DNA of 64,000 bases from Candidatus Melainabacteria bacterium (lineage in GTDB: Bacteria > Cyanobacteriota > Vampirovibrionia > 2-02-FULL-35-15): assembly GCA_023250155.1 (NCBI GenBank), contig JAHFBG010000005.1:89057-153056 (forward strand), read 5' to 3'. Under the pieces are notes generated by a model. That model did no database searches. It saw only the letters and a list, made by a program, of their open reading frames with translations, and was not told the DNA's origin. Shown here piece by piece: positions 10,558 to 18,934 of the stretch. Positions within the stretch are counted from its first letter, which is position 1. Every line of letters begins with the position of its first letter. Made by a program: the position numbers and the translations under genes.

Positions 10558-11679
10558 TTGATTTCATATTTAAAAAATTTAAAAGATAAGGTAGACCGCC
10601 AAGTTGGTTCTGACTTTGTACAAAGAATTCTTCAATACCAAGGTGCAAAAGGATTAGTGAATCTTGTTAATGTTTCACTTACAGCTCTTCAGGAAGAACA
10701 GCCACCAAGATTAAATTATTTGCCCCCTTGTTTATTTGTAGAGGTAACAAACAGATGTAATCTTACATGTCCTACTTGCCAGCTTGGCACTGATGAAGCA
10801 TATAGAGGTTATAACAAAGGTGATATAAGTTTTGAGAACTTTAAAAAAGTCATTGATCAAATACCTTCTCTTGTTTATGTAACACTACAAGGTGTTGGTG
10901 AACCTCTTTTAAATAAAGACATTATGAAAATGATCCGACATTGTACTGATAGAGGAATTGCTACTTATATAAACACAAATGGCACAATACTTACTGAAAC
11001 AAAATCTCGCGAGCTTATTGAAGCTGGCTTATGCAATCTTTCAATATCAGTAAACAGCTTTAATGAAGATGTCTTTGCCAAAACAAGAAGTGGGGCATCT
11101 ATTACAAAAATCGCAGAAAACATTAAAAAATTTATAGAAATAAAAAGAAGTCTAAATTCAAAAAAACCAATTGTTTCTTTTAGATCCATACTAATGAAAG
11201 AAACTGAGCCTCATATGGAGGAATTGATTTTAAAATCAAGTGAGCTTGGAGTAGATGTATTATATATCCAGCTTTTTATCAGTATGATAGCAGACAAAAG
11301 TCTCATGGAATCTTCACTATCAAAAGATGAGGTTGAAAGCTTTTCAGAAAAGCTTGAGCAATGGAAGAAACAAGTTAAGAATCTTGAAATTGTTACTGAA
11401 AGTTTTGGCAAATCATCTAACAATCTAGGACAATGTAAGCTTCCATGGTTCAGTCCAAATGTAACTGCTGAAGGGTATGTTACACCATGCTGCACCATCA
11501 GCAATCCAAGCATTATAAATATGGGCAATGTTTTTGAAACCCCTTTTGAACAAATTTGGAATTCAGAAAAATTTGTAGAGTTTAGAGGGGGCTTCTATAA
11601 GAAGCAGCCTACAGTATGTACAGGCTGTCCTAGCTATATATTAAAATCGGCTTCTAATGGAAAGCCTGTCTACAATTAA
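10558..11679 (+). CDS. Radical SAM enzyme with C-terminal SPASM-type Cys cluster
   Basis: CNLTCPTC (CxxxCxxC) near the N-terminus, GVGEPLL. C-terminal Cys-rich region (CKLPW..PCCTIS..CTGCP). Confidence 0.65.
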   Translation: MISYLKNLKDKVDRQVGSDFVQRILQYQGAKGLVNLVNVSLTALQEEQPPRLNYLPPCLFVEVTNRCNLTCPTCQLGTDEAYRGYNKGDISFENFKKVIDQIPSLVYVTLQGVGEPLLNKDIMKMIRHCTDRGIATYINTNGTILTETKSRELIEAGLCNLSISVNSFNEDVFAKTRSGASITKIAENIKKFIEIKRSLNSKKPIVSFRSILMKETEPHMEELILKSSELGVDVLYIQLFISMIADKSLMESSLSKDEVESFSEKLEQWKKQVKNLEIVTESFGKSSNNLGQCKLPWFSPNVTAEGYVTPCCTISNPSIINMGNVFETPFEQIWNSEKFVEFRGGFYKKQPTVCTGCPSYILKSASNGKPVYN

Positions 11680-11684
11680 GCCTC

Positions 11685-12656
11685 ATGAGAAAATATACTT
11701 TTCTCATTATCAAACTAGTTCTCTTTGTAGGAATTTGTACTTGGATAGTTAAGTCAGTCAATATCACAGAATCACTTAATGTACTAAAAAAAACAAACCT
11801 GCTTTATTACTTAATAGCTTTTTTATTAAGTAATCTATCCAATATTTTTCTAACAATAAAATGGCATCGATTATCAACACCACTAAATATAAAAAGCAAT
11901 TTTTGGGAGTTATTATGTTTGAATTATATTTCCGTCTTTTATAGCATTTTTATTCCTGGGCAAGCCTCTGGAGAGGTGATTAAAGGACTAAAATTGATAA
12001 AAAAAGAGGGGTCTCATCAAACCATCTGGGTACCAATATTTATCGATAAGATAACCAATGTTTTAATCGTGTTTATAATAGGGTCCATTGCTACTTTATT
12101 AGATAGTAATTTCAGAAAAAATACAAGCTTAGTTATTTTACTTATTACAATAACAGCATTACTAGTGCTTTTGACTTTAATTCTATTCAGTGAAAATACA
12201 ACAAAAATTGTAGATTTTCTAAAAAAAATCCTCATTAATATCCTAACTATATTTAAACTGAATACTCAATTTATTAAAAACTTTTCAGTGGATTATTTTG
12301 AAAATTATAAAAAACAAGATTTAATTCTCTTAGAAACATTAATGTGGAGCTTATTTATAAAAATTCCTCCTGTTTTTTCTTTGTATTTTTTAGCTTTGAG
12401 TTTAAATATTGATTTGAATATAATCCAATCCGCATGGCTATTTTCACTTGTTTCTGTCGTAAGCCTATTACCTATAAGTTTTTCAGGGCTTGGTGTTAGA
12501 GAAGGGACTATAATTGTTTTACTATCAAAAATTGGAATACCAAATTCATTCAGCTTGAGTTTGTCTATGCTAATCTTTACTACAGGAATATTAATGGGAC
12601 TAATAGGAGGAGCACTAGAGCTGGTTTCTAGCTTTAGACTATTTAAGTCAAAATGA
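11685..12656 (+). CDS. Integral membrane protein of the flippase-like / lysyl-PG-synthase-TM-like family (UPF0104-like)
   Basis: About 8 TM helices and no soluble domain. Sits in a glycan locus. Its 3' end overlaps the next gene (ATGA). Confidence 0.4.
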   Translation: MRKYTFLIIKLVLFVGICTWIVKSVNITESLNVLKKTNLLYYLIAFLLSNLSNIFLTIKWHRLSTPLNIKSNFWELLCLNYISVFYSIFIPGQASGEVIKGLKLIKKEGSHQTIWVPIFIDKITNVLIVFIIGSIATLLDSNFRKNTSLVILLITITALLVLLTLILFSENTTKIVDFLKKILINILTIFKLNTQFIKNFSVDYFENYKKQDLILLETLMWSLFIKIPPVFSLYFLALSLNIDLNIIQSAWLFSLVSVVSLLPISFSGLGVREGTIIVLLSKIGIPNSFSLSLSMLIFTTGILMGLIGGALELVSSFRLFKSK

Positions 12657-14908
12657 GTAAAAAGTCTTGGTTCATTAACAACTATCACATTTGGATTCCT
12701 CTTCTAATAACATTTTTAATATATGCAATTTCCCTAATCTACGGATTTAGAAACTTCGATGAAGACATTTTAATAAAGAACTTTTACACACATAAAACAT
12801 TTCAAGAATATATTGAGAAATTTTTTTTAGTTCATGCTGGTGGTGCATCTAAAGCACATGGGTTTTCATTTTCAGGGGTACAGAATACTCATGTGTGTTT
12901 TCTTGGAATGCCAACCATTTATCTGGTGGCTTATCTCTTTAAAGCAAATCCTTTCTTATATCATTCATGGAGCTTGCTGTTACACTCTATTGCAGTAGTC
13001 TTTTTGGTGTTATTTGCACATCGATTAACTCAAGATAAAAAGATTGCAATGTTTACAGCATGCGCCTGGACATTACATCCTACAAATGTAGAGTCAATCA
13101 TTTGGGCTACAAACTGGTTACAGTGCTTAGGAGCAGGATTTTATTTTTTCATCTTGTGGTGGATCACATCAATCATTCATAGTGACATGCCGTGGCATGT
13201 CACTACGCGACAAACCTTTTCAATAATGCTTTTCACTACCATAGCAATTTTATTCACCGAGCACACCATTACCATACCAATTGCAATTTTTGTAACTACT
13301 TTCTATCTCTTAAACAATTTAAAACAAAAAAATGCTTTGCAAAATTCTATAAAAACAAGCTTACCATCATTTGTTGTAATATTTAGTTATTGGCTTATAA
13401 GAAATCTAATGATTTCAAAAGCAATACAAACATCTTCAAGTAATGGGTTTCATGAACTCTTGAATAGACTGCTCTTTTTAACTCCACAAGTTTTTATACA
13501 TCAAATAAAGCTTGTTTTATTTCCAGCAAATCTAACAATTGATCAATTGGATTTATTACATTTAGATCAATCATACTTCAGGAGCTATCACCTAATCTGC
13601 CTAATAACAATTGCATTAATTGGAGTAAGTATATTTCTTCTTAGAAAGAGTTTTCCATTCTTATCTTATGGACTACTGATGTACACGGTAACTCTCTTAT
13701 CTTTTATTCAAATCATTCCACTTTACTCTATGTCAGCTGAAAGATACAACTATTTTGGCTCTGCATTTATTGTCCTTGGAATTATAAGTACAATATTTCA
13801 ACTTAATAAATTTAAAAAAACAGCTCCTTATATAGCTATTTTATGGTGTTTAATACTAGGCATAAGAGGTGAGTTTAGAATATGGGACTGGAAGGATAGT
13901 AAAACACTATTCCGTAGCACAATCAACACAAGCAAATCATTCTTAAAGAAAGGGATTTGGACTTATAACCTTGCTATTTGTGAAGAAGATATAGAGAAAA
14001 AGAAAGTATTATTAACAGAGTCAAATATACTGTTGAAGCGGTTTATTCAACAACCTACAAAACGTTATGAGATTGACAAAAGCGTTGGTTTAATCCTTAC
14101 AAAGTATGAATTAGATCCTGAATCACTACTAGCAAAAGCCTCTGACAGAATAGCTACTAACTATGAAATCTTAGGAGATAAAAAAAATCAATTAAAATAT
14201 CTAAACAAAGCATTAAAATACTCAAGACCTAAATCCCAATCCAGAAGCTTAATCTATAAAAATCTTGGGACTTACTATTTTCAAGAAAGTAATTATAAAA
14301 AATCATTAGATTACTATTTTAGGAGTTATGAAATCTCACCTAATCCTACAATTTCATATGCTATAAGCATTTGTTATCTCAAGCTAAACGATTTTAACAA
14401 CTATGAGAAGTACTTAAAAGAAGCAGCTTCTGTAATTTCTCCATATAATGTTTCACCATTTAAAACCTATGGACAGTTTCTAGAACTAGAAAAGCATGAC
14501 TATGCAAATGCTCTTAAATACTATAAGATAGCAAGTTTACTTGAAAACAATGTTGAGCCTTATATCTTACTTAGTTCTCTTTATTTAAAACAAACTCAGA
14601 TTAATAAAGCCTATGAAATTATAAAGAATGGACTTCATAGTTTTCCAGAAAATCCTACACTCATTTATTTTCGAGGAACGGTAAATTTAAATAAAGGTAA
14701 AATTAATGATGGGCTACAAGATTTAATCAATGTAATTAAAAAAACTGATACTTCAAATGATATTAAAATCGAGGCTTGCCATATTCTTGTTAACCTATTT
14801 CTTAACCAAAATGATTATAATAATGCTAAAAAATATAATGATTTGATTCTATCCATAAATCCCAACGATAAAGAAGCTAATGAGTTAAAAAGAACTGAAA
14901 TTTATTGA
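12653..14908 (+). CDS. Polytopic membrane protein with C-terminal TPR repeats, TMTC/PMT-like GT-C candidate
   Basis: FDEDIL in first loop. FLTPQVFIHQIKLVLFPANLTIDQ block paralogous to the 1004 and 31935 ORFs. TPR-like C-terminal half. Confidence 0.55.
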   Translation: MSKKSWFINNYHIWIPLLITFLIYAISLIYGFRNFDEDILIKNFYTHKTFQEYIEKFFLVHAGGASKAHGFSFSGVQNTHVCFLGMPTIYLVAYLFKANPFLYHSWSLLLHSIAVVFLVLFAHRLTQDKKIAMFTACAWTLHPTNVESIIWATNWLQCLGAGFYFFILWWITSIIHSDMPWHVTTRQTFSIMLFTTIAILFTEHTITIPIAIFVTTFYLLNNLKQKNALQNSIKTSLPSFVVIFSYWLIRNLMISKAIQTSSSNGFHELLNRLLFLTPQVFIHQIKLVLFPANLTIDQLDLLHLDQSYFRSYHLICLITIALIGVSIFLLRKSFPFLSYGLLMYTVTLLSFIQIIPLYSMSAERYNYFGSAFIVLGIISTIFQLNKFKKTAPYIAILWCLILGIRGEFRIWDWKDSKTLFRSTINTSKSFLKKGIWTYNLAICEEDIEKKKVLLTESNILLKRFIQQPTKRYEIDKSVGLILTKYELDPESLLAKASDRIATNYEILGDKKNQLKYLNKALKYSRPKSQSRSLIYKNLGTYYFQESNYKKSLDYYFRSYEISPNPTISYAISICYLKLNDFNNYEKYLKEAASVISPYNVSPFKTYGQFLELEKHDYANALKYYKIASLLENNVEPYILLSSLYLKQTQINKAYEIIKNGLHSFPENPTLIYFRGTVNLNKGKINDGLQDLINVIKKTDTSNDIKIEACHILVNLFLNQNDYNNAKKYNDLILSINPNDKEANELKRTEIY

Positions 14909-15018
14909 TTTTACAAAAGCCTTACAATGTGTTATAAGTTATACAACTTAGAAAAAGTAAGCTATGCAATATACAACAATTTCTGTTAGGTGATTTCTAA
15001 CATTTAATAACCCAATTC

Positions 15019-17382
15019 ATGAAAATCAGCCAATTAATAGGCTCAGCAATACTAAGTACCACTTTTATCGTGGGCTCACAAAGTATTTCTGCAGGTGAAA
15101 AAGATAAACAGCCATCAAAAACCTTAACAGAAAAGAGACTCCAACCTCCACCTAAAATAAAAATAGCCTTAGACCAATTTGATATTACAAAACAAGAAAT
15201 TGTAGATGAGTTATTTAAGAATTTTGAAGATGTAAAACTCGGCAAAAGTGAAAGAGAAGAAATATCTAAATTTTTTAATGACAAGCTACAAACAATAGAT
15301 CGACCTACTGAGTCTTTTACGAAGGGATGTTTTTTATTGTTAGAGCTTTCTCGCAATGAACGAAATCATCATCAAAAATTTATTGAGTGGCTAAACCTAC
15401 AAGCAGAACAATCAATTCGCGATAAATCAAAAGAAAAGCAAAAAATCATAGAAAGTGCTATTAGAGAAGAATTGCGCATGGTAATAAAAACATTGAATCA
15501 TATTGAGCTCTCTAAATCTTTGGTTATACCTTATACAAAACTAATAAAAGAAAATAATTCTAATGCAGACTTTCTAAAGAATGGGATACGAGTTTATGAC
15601 CAATTTAAATCAAGAGGAAGTAAAGAAATCAATGACAACTCAATAGCACTACTTGACAATATCATAGAAGGATTATTAAAACTTCCGCGAAATGAACAAA
15701 AAGAACTTAAAGCTCAGATTCTTTTACTCCCTCAAAATAGTAATTTTCAGTCTGATAATGAAGCAGAACAAAACAGGCTTGTAGAACGATTATCAAAAGC
15801 ATTATGTAAGAATAAAAATGTTGATACCGATGGATTGATACAATTAACTGATTCATTTTTATATAAGGTTCCTTATCTTGGTTCAACTCAAACAGCAACA
15901 AAATGGCATCCTTATACACTCTATAAACTAGTCAATGATAATAAAGAATATTTTGAAAAAAATATTAAAAATATTACTGAAACAACTCAAGATTCTAAAG
16001 ATGAAAAGGCTAGATTAAAGGCAAGAGATGAGCTTCTACAAGCCTATATAACCTTCCAACATATTCCTAGAATAAAAAAGCTTTCTGATACTTACATTAA
16101 TATAGATCCAAAACTTGTTAGTCTTGAAAACTTAGGTAAGCTACAAAAAGAAGTAAGTACTTGGTATAACGATAAGCTAGAAAGACCAATGTTTAAAAGT
16201 ATTGTACAAGCATTAGAAAGTGAATCTGTAGAAACAACTACTTCAAGTAATGGAATACGATATGCTAAAAATGAAAGCTGGAGAGATCTTAACAAACACT
16301 TAGAAATCATAGTGAGGGTTAATCCTGAGCTAAAAAATGAATTTCGAGATGTCTTAATTAAAAGACTTGAAAATGATAAGAGTCCACAAAATAGAGAAAT
16401 GGTATATGAAACAATTAAAAACATATTGTATAACCAAGCATTTATAGAACACCCTCCACTAATGAATCTTATAAAAAAAGGAATTGCTGAGGAATCATCA
16501 AATGGAGCTTATCTCATTGGAGAACTGCTGCCTTCTGGTTGGCGTCCTCACTCATTTGTCAATGCATTTGAAAACTATGATGTAATTAAAGAATTAGACC
16601 CAAAAGAAGTGTCAGCAATTGATGCTATCAAATTTGATCTTATTCGTACTGTAAGTGGTGACACTGATTTATACAAAATTTATCTACCGCGACATTCTTT
16701 TGAACCAACAAAAGATAAAACAATAGATCCTAAAACGCTTAGTGCTATCTTACAACTTAGAGAAAATGCATACATTGCACTTTCTTCTATTAATCTACAC
16801 AGCCTTGAAGCAAGGGCTCATGATAAAAGAATTGATTACCTTGAAAGAAGAATTGAAAGGGTTGGAACCATTCAAACGCTTACCCCAACATGGGGAAAAC
16901 AAGCTGCTTCTCTTACCATGCTTTATCTTCAATATAGCGATACTGTCTTACCTGAAAGCGAAGGTAAAATTTACTTTGAATCAAAGTTAGATTTTTTAAG
17001 GGGAAAATTTTTTGATGGTATTACAAAAACATATGAAATAGAAGGTGAGAAAAAAAAATACACAACTATACCCTTTTTCAATGCAGTATTAGAAAGTGAG
17101 TTCATCAGATTAAACCCAGATGAAAATAGAAAAATTATCGACCAGCTTTATCGTCAAAAAGCTACAAATGCAGAAATTAGAGATCAAATTTTCAGACAAG
17201 AATCAAAACTTCAAAGAAGATATATTGAAATGAAACAAACATTTGCATTAAATTTTTTAACTCTTTTATGTGAGCGTGACCACACAAAGTTTAATGAATA
17301 CCTGCCTTATCTACAAAGACTAGGATATAGAAATGATGAGATTAGAGAAGTAGTAGCTATGTTTCTTGAAACGAAGGACTGA
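15019..17382 (+). CDS. Secreted α-helical protein, member 1 of a two-paralog family (function unknown)
   Basis: N-terminal signal-peptide-like segment (…ILSTTFIVGSQSISA|GE). The C-terminal third aligns with ORF 18935 (LDFLRGKFFDG / LDFLREKFFEG; YEIEGEKKKYTT). Confidence 0.5.
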   Translation: MKISQLIGSAILSTTFIVGSQSISAGEKDKQPSKTLTEKRLQPPPKIKIALDQFDITKQEIVDELFKNFEDVKLGKSEREEISKFFNDKLQTIDRPTESFTKGCFLLLELSRNERNHHQKFIEWLNLQAEQSIRDKSKEKQKIIESAIREELRMVIKTLNHIELSKSLVIPYTKLIKENNSNADFLKNGIRVYDQFKSRGSKEINDNSIALLDNIIEGLLKLPRNEQKELKAQILLLPQNSNFQSDNEAEQNRLVERLSKALCKNKNVDTDGLIQLTDSFLYKVPYLGSTQTATKWHPYTLYKLVNDNKEYFEKNIKNITETTQDSKDEKARLKARDELLQAYITFQHIPRIKKLSDTYINIDPKLVSLENLGKLQKEVSTWYNDKLERPMFKSIVQALESESVETTTSSNGIRYAKNESWRDLNKHLEIIVRVNPELKNEFRDVLIKRLENDKSPQNREMVYETIKNILYNQAFIEHPPLMNLIKKGIAEESSNGAYLIGELLPSGWRPHSFVNAFENYDVIKELDPKEVSAIDAIKFDLIRTVSGDTDLYKIYLPRHSFEPTKDKTIDPKTLSAILQLRENAYIALSSINLHSLEARAHDKRIDYLERRIERVGTIQTLTPTWGKQAASLTMLYLQYSDTVLPESEGKIYFESKLDFLRGKFFDGITKTYEIEGEKKKYTTIPFFNAVLESEFIRLNPDENRKIIDQLYRQKATNAEIRDQIFRQESKLQRRYIEMKQTFALNFLTLLCERDHTKFNEYLPYLQRLGYRNDEIREVVAMFLETKD

Positions 17383-17450
17383 AAGCATCACTTGCTCTAT
17401 CATGTAACATATCTTAAATACAAATAAGTCTTTAAAAAAACTTTATCTTT

Positions 17451-17476
17451 CTGTAACTCCTGGTTACAGTTTTTTT
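17451..17476 (+). terminator. Rho-independent terminator after ORF 15019..17382
   Basis: ctgtaac-tcctg-gttacag hairpin followed by T7. Confidence 0.5.
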
Positions 17477-17535
17477 AAAGCTACCGGGGTATACTCCATA
17501 GGTGTAGGCTAAATATAACTTTTTAGGGGTATAAT

Positions 17536-17877
17536 ATGAATACAACAATGAATGATCCTATTGAACAAAGAGTAAAAACACTAGAATTGAAAGTCGAGTT
17601 TCTTGAAAATTGGAAAAATACTCCTTTTATTCAAGTAACACTTCCAGTCATACTTTCTATTTTCTTGGCTACTTCCTGGAATAATTTTGGATTTACATCC
17701 ATTGATAAAAGATTTGACTCGGTAGAGAAGGGGATGAATAAACTATCATACAGAATTGGAAAGGTAGAAAATCGACTAGGTAAAGTAGAAAACCGATTAG
17801 GTAAAGTAGAAGATCGACTAGACAAAGTAGAGAATCGACTAGGTAAAGTAGAAGTCAAAATCGAAAGACTTAACTAG
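17536..17877 (+). CDS. Small membrane-anchored coiled-coil protein with five tandem heptads (KVENRLG)
   Basis: One central hydrophobic helix. The C-terminus is a 21-nt tandem repeat at 17757..17860 encoding GKVENRL x5. Confidence 0.4.
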   Translation: MNTTMNDPIEQRVKTLELKVEFLENWKNTPFIQVTLPVILSIFLATSWNNFGFTSIDKRFDSVEKGMNKLSYRIGKVENRLGKVENRLGKVEDRLDKVENRLGKVEVKIERLN

Positions 17878-18715
17878 ATTTTATTACTGCATTTGAATTA
17901 AGTTCTTTATAATCAAGCTCTTGATTATCAGACTCAATAAGATATTTTTTAAAAGCATCAGTACCAGGAATAGGTTTATATTTTTTTGAAACTATACTTA
18001 TATCTCTTAAGAGATAATTTTCAAACTCTTCTTTAATAAAATACTGTTTCCTTTTATCTTCAATTATATGAAAGCAATTTCTTTCTAAGTACCTCTCTAA
18101 AAGTTTTTTTTCATCTGCTGCAATCACAGCAAGCACAAATAGCCATAAGTGATCAGTTGTTGCGCCTGCATTATATAACTTCTCACAAGTAGAAGCACCT
18201 ATTCCAAACATTCGATAAATAGCTGGTCGTTCAATTCCATCTCGAAAGATTAGTCTTATTGTTTCTTTTTTCTTTTGTTGTAATTCATTAAACTTTTCTT
18301 CAATCTCTGTATCAGCAATAACGGAGTAAAGATATCGTTCAAGCTCTTCATCAGCTTGTTTCCATCCTCCATCTTCTAGGATAGAAATACAATCCATAGT
18401 CAAATGTTTTATAGGACAGTTTCTTTCAACTCTATTAACCGCAGCATCATAATAAAGCCTGATTTGTTCAGAAGATGCAGAAGCACCTATTAGTTCTGCA
18501 ACTCCTTCTTCAAAGTCTTCTATAGGTAAATCATTTCTATGAAGGTAATTTATTATATGATCATATAACTCAGAATCATCATATAAACTAGTGGATAGAG
18601 AAATTAATTCCCAAATTGTTGTATCACTGAACTTATCAAAAGACTGATATGAAGAGTATTTAGGAAGTGAAGGAAAAGTATCTACTTTTTGTATAGAAAC
18701 ACTCATAAAGTACAA
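17870..18715 (-). CDS. Hypothetical protein, 281 aa, no recognisable domain
   Basis: Long ORF with coding-like composition. Divergently arranged to ORF 18935. Confidence 0.35.
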   Translation of the reverse strand: MYFMSVSIQKVDTFPSLPKYSSYQSFDKFSDTTIWELISLSTSLYDDSELYDHIINYLHRNDLPIEDFEEGVAELIGASASSEQIRLYYDAAVNRVERNCPIKHLTMDCISILEDGGWKQADEELERYLYSVIADTEIEEKFNELQQKKKETIRLIFRDGIERPAIYRMFGIGASTCEKLYNAGATTDHLWLFVLAVIAADEKKLLERYLERNCFHIIEDKRKQYFIKEEFENYLLRDISIVSKKYKPIPGTDAFKKYLIESDNQELDYKELNSNAVIKSS

Positions 18716-18934
18716 ATATTATAGTTTATTCTTAGAGTAGTTGTTCACCTGATTTTATTACAAGCAATAGTCCTTATTCACTCCAGGTGAACAGTTTTAC
18801 TTCTTATGATAAAGTTAGAGGTTAAACATCTTAAACATGTATTTCCATCATTGTTTGACATTAAGATCTTAATTGTGTTATAAATCTTTCAGTTAAATTT
18901 TTATATTTAAGAAGGCAATTATAAGAAATAAATC

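Noticed and set aside
14997-15356. 119-aa and 162-aa reverse-strand ORFs (14997..15356, 18919..19407) over the 5' ends of the secreted paralogs
   Set aside because: They are antisense to well-supported paralogous genes and Ser/Leu/Phe-rich, as expected from reading AT-rich coding DNA backwards.
17757-17860. 21-nt x5 tandem repeat that could be taken for a regulatory iteron
   Set aside because: It lies in frame inside ORF 17536..17877 and encodes a heptad coiled-coil (KVENRLG).
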